Below, piece by piece: positions 30,200 through 39,783 of a stretch of 64,000 nucleotides of DNA. Each line of letters begins with the position of its first letter. Positions within the stretch are counted from its first letter, which is position 1. Source of the DNA: an uncultured cyanobacterium (lineage in GTDB: Bacteria; Cyanobacteriota; Cyanobacteriia; Cyanobacteriales; Nostocaceae); contig CAVUDP010000002.1 of the NCBI GenBank assembly GCA_963740315.1, positions 3,584,001-3,648,000 of the forward strand, written 5' to 3'. The position numbers and the translations under genes are program-made. Below the pieces are notes generated by a model. It searched no databases and was not told the origin of the DNA. It saw only the letters and a program-made list of their open reading frames with translations.

Positions 30200-30712
30200 T
30201 TATTTAGAGCCTGCTTTGATGCATTGTTCTACTAGAGGCGCTACCTTATCAACATCTTGCCAACCAAGAATCTCGGTGACTTTTTTCTCTAAGTTTTTGT
30301 AACTGCGGAAAAACTCGGCAATTTCATCAAGTTTATGGGGAGCTAAGTCTTTAAGAGATTTAACGTTAACATAACGCGGATCTTTATCGGGAACGCAAAG
30401 AATTTTTTCATCGCGATCGCCACCGTCAATCATTTCTAACATCCCGATGGGTCGCGCTGCAATTACACAACCGGGGAAGGTTGGCTCGTCCATTATTACC
30501 ATACCATCAAGGGGGTCGCCATCATCAGCCAAAGTATTGGGTATAAAACCGTAGTCATAGGGATATTGAACTGATGAATAAAGTACCCTATCTAAGGCAA
30601 AAGCTTGTAAATCCTTGTCAAATTCGTATTTATTTTTACTTCCGCCGGTAATTTCAATCAAAACGTTTATTAAACCGGGTTTTGGCTGGGCTGGGATAAT
30701 GGATAAGTCCAC
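30200..30712 (-). CDS. ppa: Inorganic pyrophosphatase (GTG start)
   Basis: NKYE, LDR, YGFIP, DGDPLD and DEK motifs; AGGAG RBS. Confidence 0.97.
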   Translation of the reverse strand: MDLSIIPAQPKPGLINVLIEITGGSKNKYEFDKDLQAFALDRVLYSSVQYPYDYGFIPNTLADDGDPLDGMVIMDEPTFPGCVIAARPIGMLEMIDGGDRDEKILCVPDKDPRYVNVKSLKDLAPHKLDEIAEFFRSYKNLEKKVTEILGWQDVDKVAPLVEQCIKAGSK

Positions 30713-30924
30713 AGATTTACTCCTAAAGTCATTAATTTTCGGTGAGAGTTTGGAGGCTCCCCGTGTAGAATTTTAGGTCAATATGGACTCATCCCAAAGT
30801 ATTTGTCCCCCCTAACGGTTAAGTTTATAAAATTTAATCGTGAAAATAAACGGAGTTAGCTAAGTCAGCAGGGGAAGAAAAAAGTCTTATAATCAATAAT
30901 TTTAGTACTGACGCACTATTTTTA

Positions 30925-30967
30925 ATTAAAAACAAATAAAGATGCCAATATCAACATGGCATCTTTA
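30925..30967 (-). terminator. Intrinsic terminator
   Basis: Perfect 11-bp stem TAAAGATGCCA/TGGCATCTTTA followed by a T-rich run on the minus strand. Confidence 0.75.
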
Positions 30968-30989
30968 GTATCTAAATTAAAACTGGCTC

Positions 30990-31110
30990 ATTCGAGATGG
31001 GTGTTTGAAAAACAGCTTTGAGCAAAGACTCTATTAGTTTCACCCATATTAGAGTATTTGAACGGTGATGCTTGACTCAACTGATTCAAACAACACCCTT
31101 CACTCAGAAT
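30990..31110. ncRNA. Candidate structured RNA (long imperfect hairpin), probably on the minus strand
   Basis: Nested complementary blocks ATTC/GAAT, GAG/CTC, GGGTG/CACCC, TTTGAA/TTCAAA, CAG/CTG, TTGAG/CTCAA, ACTCTA/TAGAGT. Confidence 0.45.
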
Positions 31111-31228
31111 AGAACATAGTTGAATTTAGCGAATATTCGCAAAAATCTTTTTCTCATACTCAATTATAAGTAGAGGGGCAACATCACTTAAGACGGTGAT
31201 TTGCTTCTATTAATTGCTGCAAACCGAG

Positions 31229-31495
31229 TTAATTTTTCTTCAACAAACGCGAAGCGTCCTTATTCATTTTATAAAGGGATGAAATTTCACTTTTTATTAA
31301 TTGTGTATCATTGTCAGTTCTTTGCAAGTTGTAGGTTAATGGTTGCCGCATATTCTGAACGCTGCTTGAAGAGTAATGACCAATTACAAACATCGGTAAC
31401 GTCAGAGTTAACATAGCAATCGCTGTTCCTACAACGTCTGCCAAACGTTGGGAAGGTAATTCCTCAGAATTGGCAGGCTGACTATTTGAATCCAT
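31229..31495 (-). CDS. Small single-TM hypothetical protein
   Basis: One TM (VVGTAIAMLTLTLPMFVI) in an 88-aa ORF. Confidence 0.7.
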   Translation of the reverse strand: MDSNSQPANSEELPSQRLADVVGTAIAMLTLTLPMFVIGHYSSSSVQNMRQPLTYNLQRTDNDTQLIKSEISSLYKMNKDASRLLKKN

Positions 31496-32300
31496 ATAAA
31501 TTATTTAGCTCTTTACTTCACTAGTTGCTACAACACTCAAAACCTGAGAGTGTTGCTATTATTTTAGCTTTTTTTTTGACCGTAAACTATCTATTCTTTA
31601 ATAATTTAAATCAGTTTTGGAAGTTACTTTATATATTTCTTTATACCTGAAACTGTTGATACCAAGTAATACAGGAATATATCGTTTAAATCCTTGTAAC
31701 TAATCTCGCATTCTACTTGCGTATTCGCCGTTCATATTACAGGTTACATTGATTAAATATTATGCAAAAAAAAATACATCTTCTCTATCTGTTAATATTA
31801 ACTTTAAATCTTTTCGGGGTCAATATCATCTTCCTTTCGGATGAAAAAGCAAGTCATGGTAAGGTTTTTATGCTTTTTTAAGAGATAATTATTTCTTAAA
31901 AGTTATTGAGTATACTTTAGATTATTTTCTCTAACATCAGTAATTTCACCCAAGCAGGAATTATTGAGAATACGCTTTTATTCAAATAGGTCAACAATAA
32001 TTCTATACCGCGTAAATACAGAACAACTAAATTGTTTTCGAGTGACTGTAAGTGACTATTAATCGATAATAATCTTCACATTTAAATCAGTAAAAATAAT
32101 TATAAATTAAGTTGATATTACTCTTCTAGGTATCTATAACAACAGCCTATAAATATCCGGATGATTTTGGGAAAATTATCAATCGGTTATGGATGATTAA
32201 ATCTTCTTTTAAAAGAGGTTAAAGTTAGACTATTGACTGTCTTATATTCAAACCATAGAAAATTCAAATAACACGATCGTTTATAACAATAATCCGGATG

Positions 32301-32328
32301 AAAAAAACCGCCACTAAAATAGGGCGGT
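32301..32328 (-). terminator. Probable terminator of the DUF362 gene
   Basis: Minus strand ACCGCC..GGCGGT followed by a T run. Confidence 0.6.
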
Positions 32329-32435
32329 CTGGTTAAGCAATCGGAGGGTATTTATAGCTTACTCTGCCAGTACATAAAATTGCTGTAGCTAAGTTTGCAC
32401 TTGCAATACAAAATTTGTCGCTTTAAACAAGTAAT

Positions 32436-33407
32436 TTAATTCCGGCTATAAGCGCTCATTTTCTCTTTGATAAATCTAATATAAAGATGCCTAAAAGTGG
32501 ATCTAATTACGCGGGGCATTCCAAAATCAATTGGCATAAATTTCGAGGGTAGTTGCCAATCATCTATTTGTAGCAAGTCAGGATCTAACTGAACAAAATC
32601 GATCGCATTTAGTTCCGGACAAATTCCCAATCGCATTGATGCAGCAACAGTGGGTACTTGTTCGGGAGGAACTTTTAATATTTCCACCATTGCTCTATCT
32701 AAAGCAAATACATCTGTTGATGAACCCAAAATGCCTAAAGGACGGGGTTCGCCGCCACTAGGACCGTTGCCTTCATGACCGATAATTCCATCTATAATGG
32801 TTAAGTTGGGGTTAATAGCCTTGGCAGTCTCCACCAACATTTCTCCAAAGCGATTGGCATCTTTCCCCGCTTCCATGTGCCACCAAGCTTTCATTTTTCC
32901 CGGCACGCAACCAAACAAGTTTTTCACTCCCAAAGTCAATACTAATTGAGAATGAGATTTTACTTTGGGTAAATTTATTACCACATCGGCTTCCATCGTC
33001 TCTTTAGATAGCAGCAGATGGTCAAACTTATCGTTAACGATGGAGTAGCGCTTACCATGAAACTCGATTAGGGGAAGATTGAGTTCTTTTAAAATCCATT
33101 CATATCCATTCGCTAACGCTACTCCCTTCGCGCTACCAAAAGCAGGGCTGTCTCCTAAAAACGGCTTACCACCAGCTTCCATTACCATAGTCGCCACTAC
33201 GTAAACCATTTCCGGGCGCGTGGTACATTCAGAAGTAGGACGCGAACCCGTCAGCAAATTAGGTTTGAGTAAAACGCGATCGCCACTTTTAACAAATGCT
33301 CTGATTCCACCCAAGGGTTCTAATAAAGTTTCCAAAGATTCCCTTAATACTTCCATTTCATAAGAAGTAGCCCTAATTAAACTGACAGATGGTGTTTGAG
33401 TCTGCAT
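32436..33407 (-). CDS. DUF362 domain protein
   Basis: VLLKPNL, GDSP, INLPKVKSH, LGVKNLFG, IIDGIIGHEGNGP. Confidence 0.88.
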   Translation of the reverse strand: MQTQTPSVSLIRATSYEMEVLRESLETLLEPLGGIRAFVKSGDRVLLKPNLLTGSRPTSECTTRPEMVYVVATMVMEAGGKPFLGDSPAFGSAKGVALANGYEWILKELNLPLIEFHGKRYSIVNDKFDHLLLSKETMEADVVINLPKVKSHSQLVLTLGVKNLFGCVPGKMKAWWHMEAGKDANRFGEMLVETAKAINPNLTIIDGIIGHEGNGPSGGEPRPLGILGSSTDVFALDRAMVEILKVPPEQVPTVAASMRLGICPELNAIDFVQLDPDLLQIDDWQLPSKFMPIDFGMPRVIRSTFRHLYIRFIKEKMSAYSRN

Positions 33408-33455
33408 TGATATAATTTTGTTTTTCTGTGTCATCACAGCTTAGCTTAACGATTG

Positions 33456-33648
33456 TTAGGGAGTAGGGAGTAGGGAGTAGGGAGTAGGAGTACTTCGACA
33501 AGCTCAGTAACCGTTAGGAGTTAGGAGTTAGGAGTTAGGAGTAGGGAGTAATTAGTCACTGTTCACTGTTCACTGTTCACTGTTCACTGTTTACTGTTCA
33601 CTATTCACTGTTCACTGTTCACTGTTCACTGTTTACTGTTCACTGTTC
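33456..33648. repeat. STRR cluster (TAGGGAG)n / (TTAGGAG)n with a 23-nt small dispersed repeat, then (TTCACTG) ~13 units
   Basis: Directly visible; the last array overlaps the aspA stop codon. Confidence 0.9.
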
Positions 33649-35046
33649 GCTGACGATCGCGCTCATTTGTTGGAGATTTAGTATTTTGCTTAATTCTTCT
33701 TCATTCATTAGTCCTTTTTCTAGTACAATTTGTCTTAAGGATTTGCCAGTCTCTACCGATTCTTTAGCTATTGCTGCGGCATTAAGGTAGCCGATGTGAG
33801 GGTTTAATGCCGTTACTAATGCCAAGCTTCCTTCGGCATAACTTAAACAACGTTCTGGTAAAGCAGTAATTCCTTTGATGCAGCGAGAAGTTAGCGATCG
33901 AACGGTTAGCCCAAGTATTTCAATACTGTGAATTAAGTCATAGGCAATCAATGGCATCATCACATTCAGTTCTAATTGTCCTGCTTGTGCCGCGTAACTA
34001 ATAGCTGTGTCATAACCCATCACCTGAAAACACACCATTGATGTCATCTCAGCCATCACAGGATTATATTTTCCAGGCATAATCGAGGAACCCGGTTGCA
34101 CTGGTGGTAATTGAATTTCTTTGAAACCAGTGTTTGGTCCTGAATCCATCAGGCGCAAATCATGGGATATTTTGACTAAATCTTGAGCCAGATTTCGCAA
34201 AGCGCCGGATACATTAACAAACGGTGCCATACTTTGCATTGCAGCCATGAGATGGGTTGCCTCCTTTAAAGGAGAATTAACTAGTCCTGATATAATTTTT
34301 ATCACGGCTACGCGATATTGGGGATGGGTGTTTAACCCCGTACCGGCTGCACTTCCTCCCAAACCCAGCACCATTAAATCTACTGAAGCGGTATTAATTC
34401 TATTTCGATGATCTTTGAGAATCTGCGCCCAAGCAGCAAAAGTATCGCCTAAACGCACTGGTACCGCGTCTTGTAAATGAGTCCGACCGGACTTTACAAT
34501 ATCTTTAAATTCTCTAGCTTTTTCTTCTAAAGCAGCGATCGCATTATCTAAAGCAGGATACAACGTTTGGGAAAGAGCCAAAATTCCACCGATTCTAATT
34601 GCCGTAGGAATCACATCATTGGTAGACTGCCCGTAGTTAACGTGATCGTTAGGGCTGACTCGCTTATAGTTACCTTTGGAGTCTCCTAAAATTTCCAAAG
34701 CGCGATTTGCTAGCACTTCATTGACATTCATATGGTGGGAAGTACCAGCACCCGCTTGATAAACATCCACTACAAACTGATCGCGAAACTTACCCGCTAA
34801 TACTTCCGAGGCAGCCTGTACAATAGCTTGACTAATATCTTGGGGTATACAACCCAATTCGCCATTTACGATTGCTGTAGCCTTTTTAATGATGATGCAG
34901 GCATCCACGTAAGTAGATAAAGGTTTAATGCCGCTGATAGCAAAGTTTTCCGTAGCTCGCAGCGTTTGAATCCCGTAATAAGCGCTACTCGGAATTTGGC
35001 GATCGCCCATTGAATCGCTTTCGATACGAAATTGTTGATCGGTCAT
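33640..35046 (-). CDS. aspA: Aspartate ammonia-lyase (fumarase/aspartase superfamily)
   Basis: YYGIQT, QAGAGTS, STND, GRTHLQDA, GSSIMPGKYNP and GQLELN motifs. Confidence 0.88.
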   Translation of the reverse strand: MTDQQFRIESDSMGDRQIPSSAYYGIQTLRATENFAISGIKPLSTYVDACIIIKKATAIVNGELGCIPQDISQAIVQAASEVLAGKFRDQFVVDVYQAGAGTSHHMNVNEVLANRALEILGDSKGNYKRVSPNDHVNYGQSTNDVIPTAIRIGGILALSQTLYPALDNAIAALEEKAREFKDIVKSGRTHLQDAVPVRLGDTFAAWAQILKDHRNRINTASVDLMVLGLGGSAAGTGLNTHPQYRVAVIKIISGLVNSPLKEATHLMAAMQSMAPFVNVSGALRNLAQDLVKISHDLRLMDSGPNTGFKEIQLPPVQPGSSIMPGKYNPVMAEMTSMVCFQVMGYDTAISYAAQAGQLELNVMMPLIAYDLIHSIEILGLTVRSLTSRCIKGITALPERCLSYAEGSLALVTALNPHIGYLNAAAIAKESVETGKSLRQIVLEKGLMNEEELSKILNLQQMSAIVSEQ

Positions 35047-35145
35047 GGTGTTCAGTTAACTGTCATCAGTTAACTGTTACCAGTTAGCGGTAATAGTAGA
35101 CATTTTTTATTATCAATTCTTAATTAGTTTTGATATTCTTAGCTG

Positions 35146-35364
35146 TTAGGAGTCAGTAGGGAGTAGGGAGTAGGGAGTAGGGAATGGGAAACAGTGAATA
35201 ATAAATCTTAAAACTCATAACTCCTAATCCAAAATCTAAAACAAACAAAACGCATCCGTTGTTAAACGCATCGGTTGTTAAAATCCAAAATCTTATAACT
35301 CCTAACTCCTAACTCCTAACTTCTAAACCTCAATCTAAAATCTAAAATCCAAAATCCAAAATCG
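35146..35364. repeat. STRR cluster with a 16-nt tandem duplication AAACGCATC(C/G)GTTGTT
   Basis: (TAGGGAG)n, (CTCCTAA)n and (AAAATCC/T)n visible. Confidence 0.8.
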
Positions 35365-35365
35365 A

Positions 35366-35899
35366 ATGACTCTCCCAAACTGGATTACTTTTTCTCGTCT
35401 TCTGGGCATACCGTTTATTATTTACGGTTTGCAAAATCCGACATCCCAAGCAAGATGGATATGTTTCACAATTTTTGTGGTTGCTGCGGCTACAGACTGG
35501 TTAGATGGTTATTTAGCGAGAAAACTCAACCAAGTCAGCGATTTAGGGAAATTTCTCGATCCTTTAGTTGATAAATTGCTGGTGCTTGCTCCATTGCTTT
35601 CTTTGATTGAATTGGGACAAATTCCAGCGTGGGGAGTATTTTTAATATTAGGAAGGGAATTAGCGATCGCGGGGTGGAGAGTTAGTCAACCGAAAATCAG
35701 CGGTGCAAATATTTGGGGAAAACTAAAAACCGTAAGTCAAATAATTGCGATCGCGCTTTTGATTGCTCCTTTATCTCCACAATGGGAATTACCTTCTTTG
35801 ATTGCTTTTTGGGTATCTGTCGCTTTGACTTTGATTAGTGGGGCAATTTATCTTTTACCGCAGAAGACTGTGGAAGATAGTCAAGTTGTTGTGGAATGA
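35366..35899 (+). CDS. pgsA: CDP-diacylglycerol--glycerol-3-phosphate 3-phosphatidyltransferase
   Basis: LPNWIT, TDWLDGYLAR..G.FLDPLVDK and GKLKT motifs. Confidence 0.96.
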   Translation: MTLPNWITFSRLLGIPFIIYGLQNPTSQARWICFTIFVVAAATDWLDGYLARKLNQVSDLGKFLDPLVDKLLVLAPLLSLIELGQIPAWGVFLILGRELAIAGWRVSQPKISGANIWGKLKTVSQIIAIALLIAPLSPQWELPSLIAFWVSVALTLISGAIYLLPQKTVEDSQVVVE

Positions 35900-36453
35900 A
35901 TCCTAAAAAAGCAACTCGTAGCGATTGGAAAATACAGCCAATGCCAGAGTTAAAAACTCGGCTACAGGTTGAGGAAATTTTTACTAAGGAAGAATATGAA
36001 TATCTAACTTGGGGACTAATTCCCATGTCAATGGATGATAAATGGTTTATTTATCTTGAAGATGATTGGCTGTATTACCATCGAAGCTGGACGGGTTATT
36101 GTGTTTTTCAAGTTCGTTTAGAACGATTTGAAGATGGCTATTCAATCGCTGAAGCTTGGGTTAATTACAATCCAAATCAGCGTTACGATAAATGTCTCCT
36201 ATTTTGGATTGGTTTTCTAATTAGAATAAATCAAGAGAAAGATTATTGTTGCGGTAGAGTGATTATTGCTTTCTTCATTTGCATTTTCATAAAAGAGGCT
36301 TCAGCAAATATTAATATATTTCTTAAACTAAATTTTATAGTATTTATAATAAGTTTTCTATCTTATCTATTTTCAAATCTTAATTTTAATCATTGGGGCT
36401 TTCATGGAGATTTATATGATTTTATAGACTATTATTATTACAAATGCAATTAG
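35896..36453 (+). CDS. Hypothetical protein, translationally coupled to pgsA
   Basis: ATGA overlap; conserved-looking MDDKWFIY..YYHRSWTG segment; AT-rich hydrophobic C-terminus. Confidence 0.6.
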   Translation: MNPKKATRSDWKIQPMPELKTRLQVEEIFTKEEYEYLTWGLIPMSMDDKWFIYLEDDWLYYHRSWTGYCVFQVRLERFEDGYSIAEAWVNYNPNQRYDKCLLFWIGFLIRINQEKDYCCGRVIIAFFICIFIKEASANINIFLKLNFIVFIISFLSYLFSNLNFNHWGFHGDLYDFIDYYYYKCN

Positions 36454-36528
36454 ATTTAAGTGTCTTGTCGTAGGGAGAGAGTTGGTATTAGTGAACCGCA
36501 TTAAAATGGATCGGTTTATATCGTAGCC

Positions 36529-36721
36529 CGACAAAGAATGAAATTCCCCGTCTCATAGCATAAATCCTCTCAAGAAAACTACAAAATGAATTATCTAGTA
36601 TTTCTGTATTTCAGTCAACTTACTAGCTATACAATCATAATTAATATTTATTACATTCAAAAATTTATCAGTCCTCTTTAGAGGACTTTTGCTATTAGAC
36701 AGAGAATTGCATTCTCTGGCG
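36529..36721. mobile_element. MITE/REPIN-like element with ~52-bp imperfect terminal inverted repeats
   Basis: 36529-36580 matches the reverse complement of 36670-36721 at roughly 80%. Confidence 0.7.
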
Positions 36722-36769
36722 AATTGGCGATTTTAAACTGATATTATAACCATCATCAAATATCATCAT

Positions 36770-36943
36770 GGTGCGTTACGGCATTTTCAAGTTCTTAACT
36801 ACGACAAGATATTTTGATGCCGTAACACACCCTACAACCTACCAATTTAAAATTTATCCATAATCATGATGTTGGGTTACTCTACTTATTAATATAAATT
36901 TACGTTACCAATTAAATTGATTTTCATGTCTAACCCAACCTAC
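36770..36943. repeat. Two REP-like inverted-repeat doublets ending in CTAC
   Basis: GGTGCGTTACGGCAT..ATGCCGTAACACACCCTAC and GTTGGGTTA..TAACCCAACCTAC. Confidence 0.7.
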
Positions 36944-36967
36944 TCCCTACTCCCATTATTTTAAAAA

Positions 36968-38182
36968 TCAAACTTCTAATTTAACCTGAGTTACACCTTG
37001 ACGCATTTTACGCTGTCTCTGTATCCAAGATAGACGAACTGCTTTGCTTGCTAAACGAGCTAATTTAAAAACAATTTTTCGTAAAAATAGATTTTTGGGC
37101 AATATTTCATGTTGCCTACCTTCTTCTTTTTGCAGCTGTTGAATGCGGATAATTTCCGGTTCTCTTTCTTTCTGAATTTGTGAGAATACCTTATCTATTT
37201 CTTGATTTTCAGATTCTTTAAGTAATACGGGTACAAGATGATTTACCGCGACAATTACATCGCGTAAAGCAACATTAATTCCTTGAGCGCGAATGGGAGA
37301 CATGGGGTGAGCGGCATCACCCAAAAGTAAAACTCCTGGAGTATGCCAAGATGGACAAAGACCTACTACAACTGATAGTTTAATGGGTTTTTCTATAGAA
37401 TCTGCATGGCTAAGAAAATGTTCTGCTAACCACGAAGGTGATATTGATGCAAACATTTTTGCCCATTCAGCTTTTGTTTTATCGCTAATATTTTGAATGT
37501 TTTGACTAGCAGTTAAAGTCCAACCAAGATGTAATTTTCCCGGTTCCGCTCCATGAAATACAGCAAATGCATTTTCACCGTCTCCAATGGCAGAAAATAC
37601 ATTATCTGCGACAAAACGAGGATTTGCAGCTAATTTGAACCACAGAATATCCATACTTTTCGGCTGTCGTTCTAATTCCAATCCGGCGCGTTGTCTAATA
37701 ATAGAATTACGACCATCTGCACCAATTACTACGTCGGCTGAAATTTCTCGTTCATCTGTTAATTTAATCCCTGCTACACGATGATCGATAGATAATAAAT
37801 CTTTAACAGCTATACCTTGTATAAATTCAAAGCGATCGTATTTTTGAGCTTCTAAAATTAACTTTTCAAGTAAAGGTGGTTGAGAAACTAAAGTACATGG
37901 TTGAGTATCGGCTTCTATGGGTTCGTCAACGCGAAATAAGGATTTTTTGTTTAAAATAAATTCCCATGCATCAAGTTGTCGATGAGGAATTTGTTCGAGT
38001 ATTTCTGATAATCCCATTTCCGACAGAGCATTTAAACCACTTGGCATTAACCCCTCCCCACGAAACACTCGATGGAAGTCGGAAGCAGCTTCAACTAATG
38101 TGACTGCAATACCACGCTGTACGAGCATTAAGGCAAGAGTTACACCTGTGGGACCTGCTCCTGCGATCGCAATTTTTTTCAT
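36968..38182 (-). CDS. FAD-dependent oxidoreductase/monooxygenase
   Basis: GAGPTG, GADGRNS and LLGDAAHPMSPIRAQGIN motifs. Confidence 0.92.
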   Translation of the reverse strand: MKKIAIAGAGPTGVTLALMLVQRGIAVTLVEAASDFHRVFRGEGLMPSGLNALSEMGLSEILEQIPHRQLDAWEFILNKKSLFRVDEPIEADTQPCTLVSQPPLLEKLILEAQKYDRFEFIQGIAVKDLLSIDHRVAGIKLTDEREISADVVIGADGRNSIIRQRAGLELERQPKSMDILWFKLAANPRFVADNVFSAIGDGENAFAVFHGAEPGKLHLGWTLTASQNIQNISDKTKAEWAKMFASISPSWLAEHFLSHADSIEKPIKLSVVVGLCPSWHTPGVLLLGDAAHPMSPIRAQGINVALRDVIVAVNHLVPVLLKESENQEIDKVFSQIQKEREPEIIRIQQLQKEEGRQHEILPKNLFLRKIVFKLARLASKAVRLSWIQRQRKMRQGVTQVKLEV

Positions 38183-38195
38183 TGTTTATTAAGGA

Positions 38196-38279
38196 AGGGA
38201 GTAGGGAGTAGGGAGTAGGGAGTAGGGAATTGGGGATTGGGGATTGGGGATTGGTAATAAGGACTAAAGTCCTTACTAC
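38196..38279. repeat. STRR arrays plus REP-like palindrome GTAATAAGGACTAAAGTCCTTACTAC
   Basis: Directly visible. Confidence 0.8.
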
Positions 38280-38291
38280 GAACCTTTTTGT

Positions 38292-39230
38292 CTAACCCAC
38301 TGCTTTTAATATTTCCTCGTCAGTTGAAAAATCAATTTCTTTTTTATCTCGTTGGGATGTCAAATAATCGTTTTTAAATGAATCTTTCAACCCAGATGTT
38401 AAATCGTAATCTGGATGCCAATCTAGTTCTGTCATGGCTTTGTTAACGGACGCGAAGAAATGCTGCATTCTCATTGGGAAGGCTTTACGCTTGCCAAAAT
38501 CAAACTTTTTGGGGTCGTAATGCACGATTTGAATGTCGTCTGCCGATTTACCCGCAGCTACAGCACAAGCACGGGCTAAACCGTCAAAGGTAATGTAACG
38601 ATTTCCCGAAATGTTGTAAATCTGGTTAATTGCTGTAGAATTGCCTATAACTTGAGCCATTGCCTTCGCTAAATCTTTAACGTGACCTAACTGAGTTATA
38701 TGCAATCCGTTACCGGGAATGGGAAGCGGACGGTTTCGAGTAATTCTGTCAAAAAACCAGGCTTCTAAATCGTTGTAATTTTGCGGTCCGTAAATATAGG
38801 TGGGACGAATTGAGGTAAAGGGAAAGCCATTTTCTGCAAGGAAGCTTTCGGTATGATGTTTACCTTTATGACGACTTTTTGGATCTACTGCGTCTCCTTC
38901 TATATGAGGTAAACTGTCAGATTTGAGATAAACTCCAGCAGAACTCATGTAAACAAAATGCTGTATGCGGTTTTGAAAAATTTCTGCTAATGGTTGGGTA
39001 TCGGTAAGTTCGCGCCCATTGTTGTCAAAAATGACATCAAAATTTTCGTTGCTTAACTTTTCTTTTAGCTGGTTTGGGTCAGTGCGATCGCCTGTAATCT
39101 GCGTTACCTTCTCTACTGGTAACGGACGATTGCCACGATTGAACAGTACTACAGAATGTCCCTGTTCTACCAGTATTTGAGTCAGATAGACACCGATAAA
39201 TCTAGTGCCCCCCATGATTAAAATTCGCAT
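38292..39230 (-). CDS. NAD-dependent epimerase/dehydratase family, CSP41b-like RNA-binding protein
   Basis: MGGTRFIG, FNRG, FDNNGR, SSAGVY, RPTYIYGP and KAFPMR motifs. Confidence 0.88.
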   Translation of the reverse strand: MRILIMGGTRFIGVYLTQILVEQGHSVVLFNRGNRPLPVEKVTQITGDRTDPNQLKEKLSNENFDVIFDNNGRELTDTQPLAEIFQNRIQHFVYMSSAGVYLKSDSLPHIEGDAVDPKSRHKGKHHTESFLAENGFPFTSIRPTYIYGPQNYNDLEAWFFDRITRNRPLPIPGNGLHITQLGHVKDLAKAMAQVIGNSTAINQIYNISGNRYITFDGLARACAVAAGKSADDIQIVHYDPKKFDFGKRKAFPMRMQHFFASVNKAMTELDWHPDYDLTSGLKDSFKNDYLTSQRDKKEIDFSTDEEILKAVG

Positions 39231-39783
39231 AAAATCCCTGCTATATCTGCTACTTATTCGCAAAAAATCTCAGAATGAATCAAAAATGTCAGTTGAAATT
39301 TACATACTCCTCTACTAATGCCATAAAGGTACAAACTTCATCCTTTCTGAGATTATCAGAAATCGCGAACGCTTTTAATACTTCTGTATTCTCAATAGCT
39401 TGGAGTAATATTCGCAGAAACTTATATTGTGGAAATTACGTCACCAGAAGGGTTGTTAAATTCCCGTTTAATTCAAAAAACAGCAAAACTTTACTTTTTA
39501 CAGCCAAAAATTGCCTCATTTGACTGCATGGCAGATACAATTGTTGGCGATTGCAAAAAGCGCACTCAATTATGATGCTTCGATCTACACCTTGCTTATC
39601 GCACCATCGAAGATATTTAAAAACATAAAAATCTGAGAATGTGGAAATTTAAGACACGGAGGTTTAAGCTATGTTGATTGTATATACGTATGTATGCGCT
39701 TCGGAAGCAGTAGATGTGTTGCAGTGGCAAATCTGGAGGCGGTGATAATCTGGATATTTTGTACAAATGTTCTTTATTTATGA

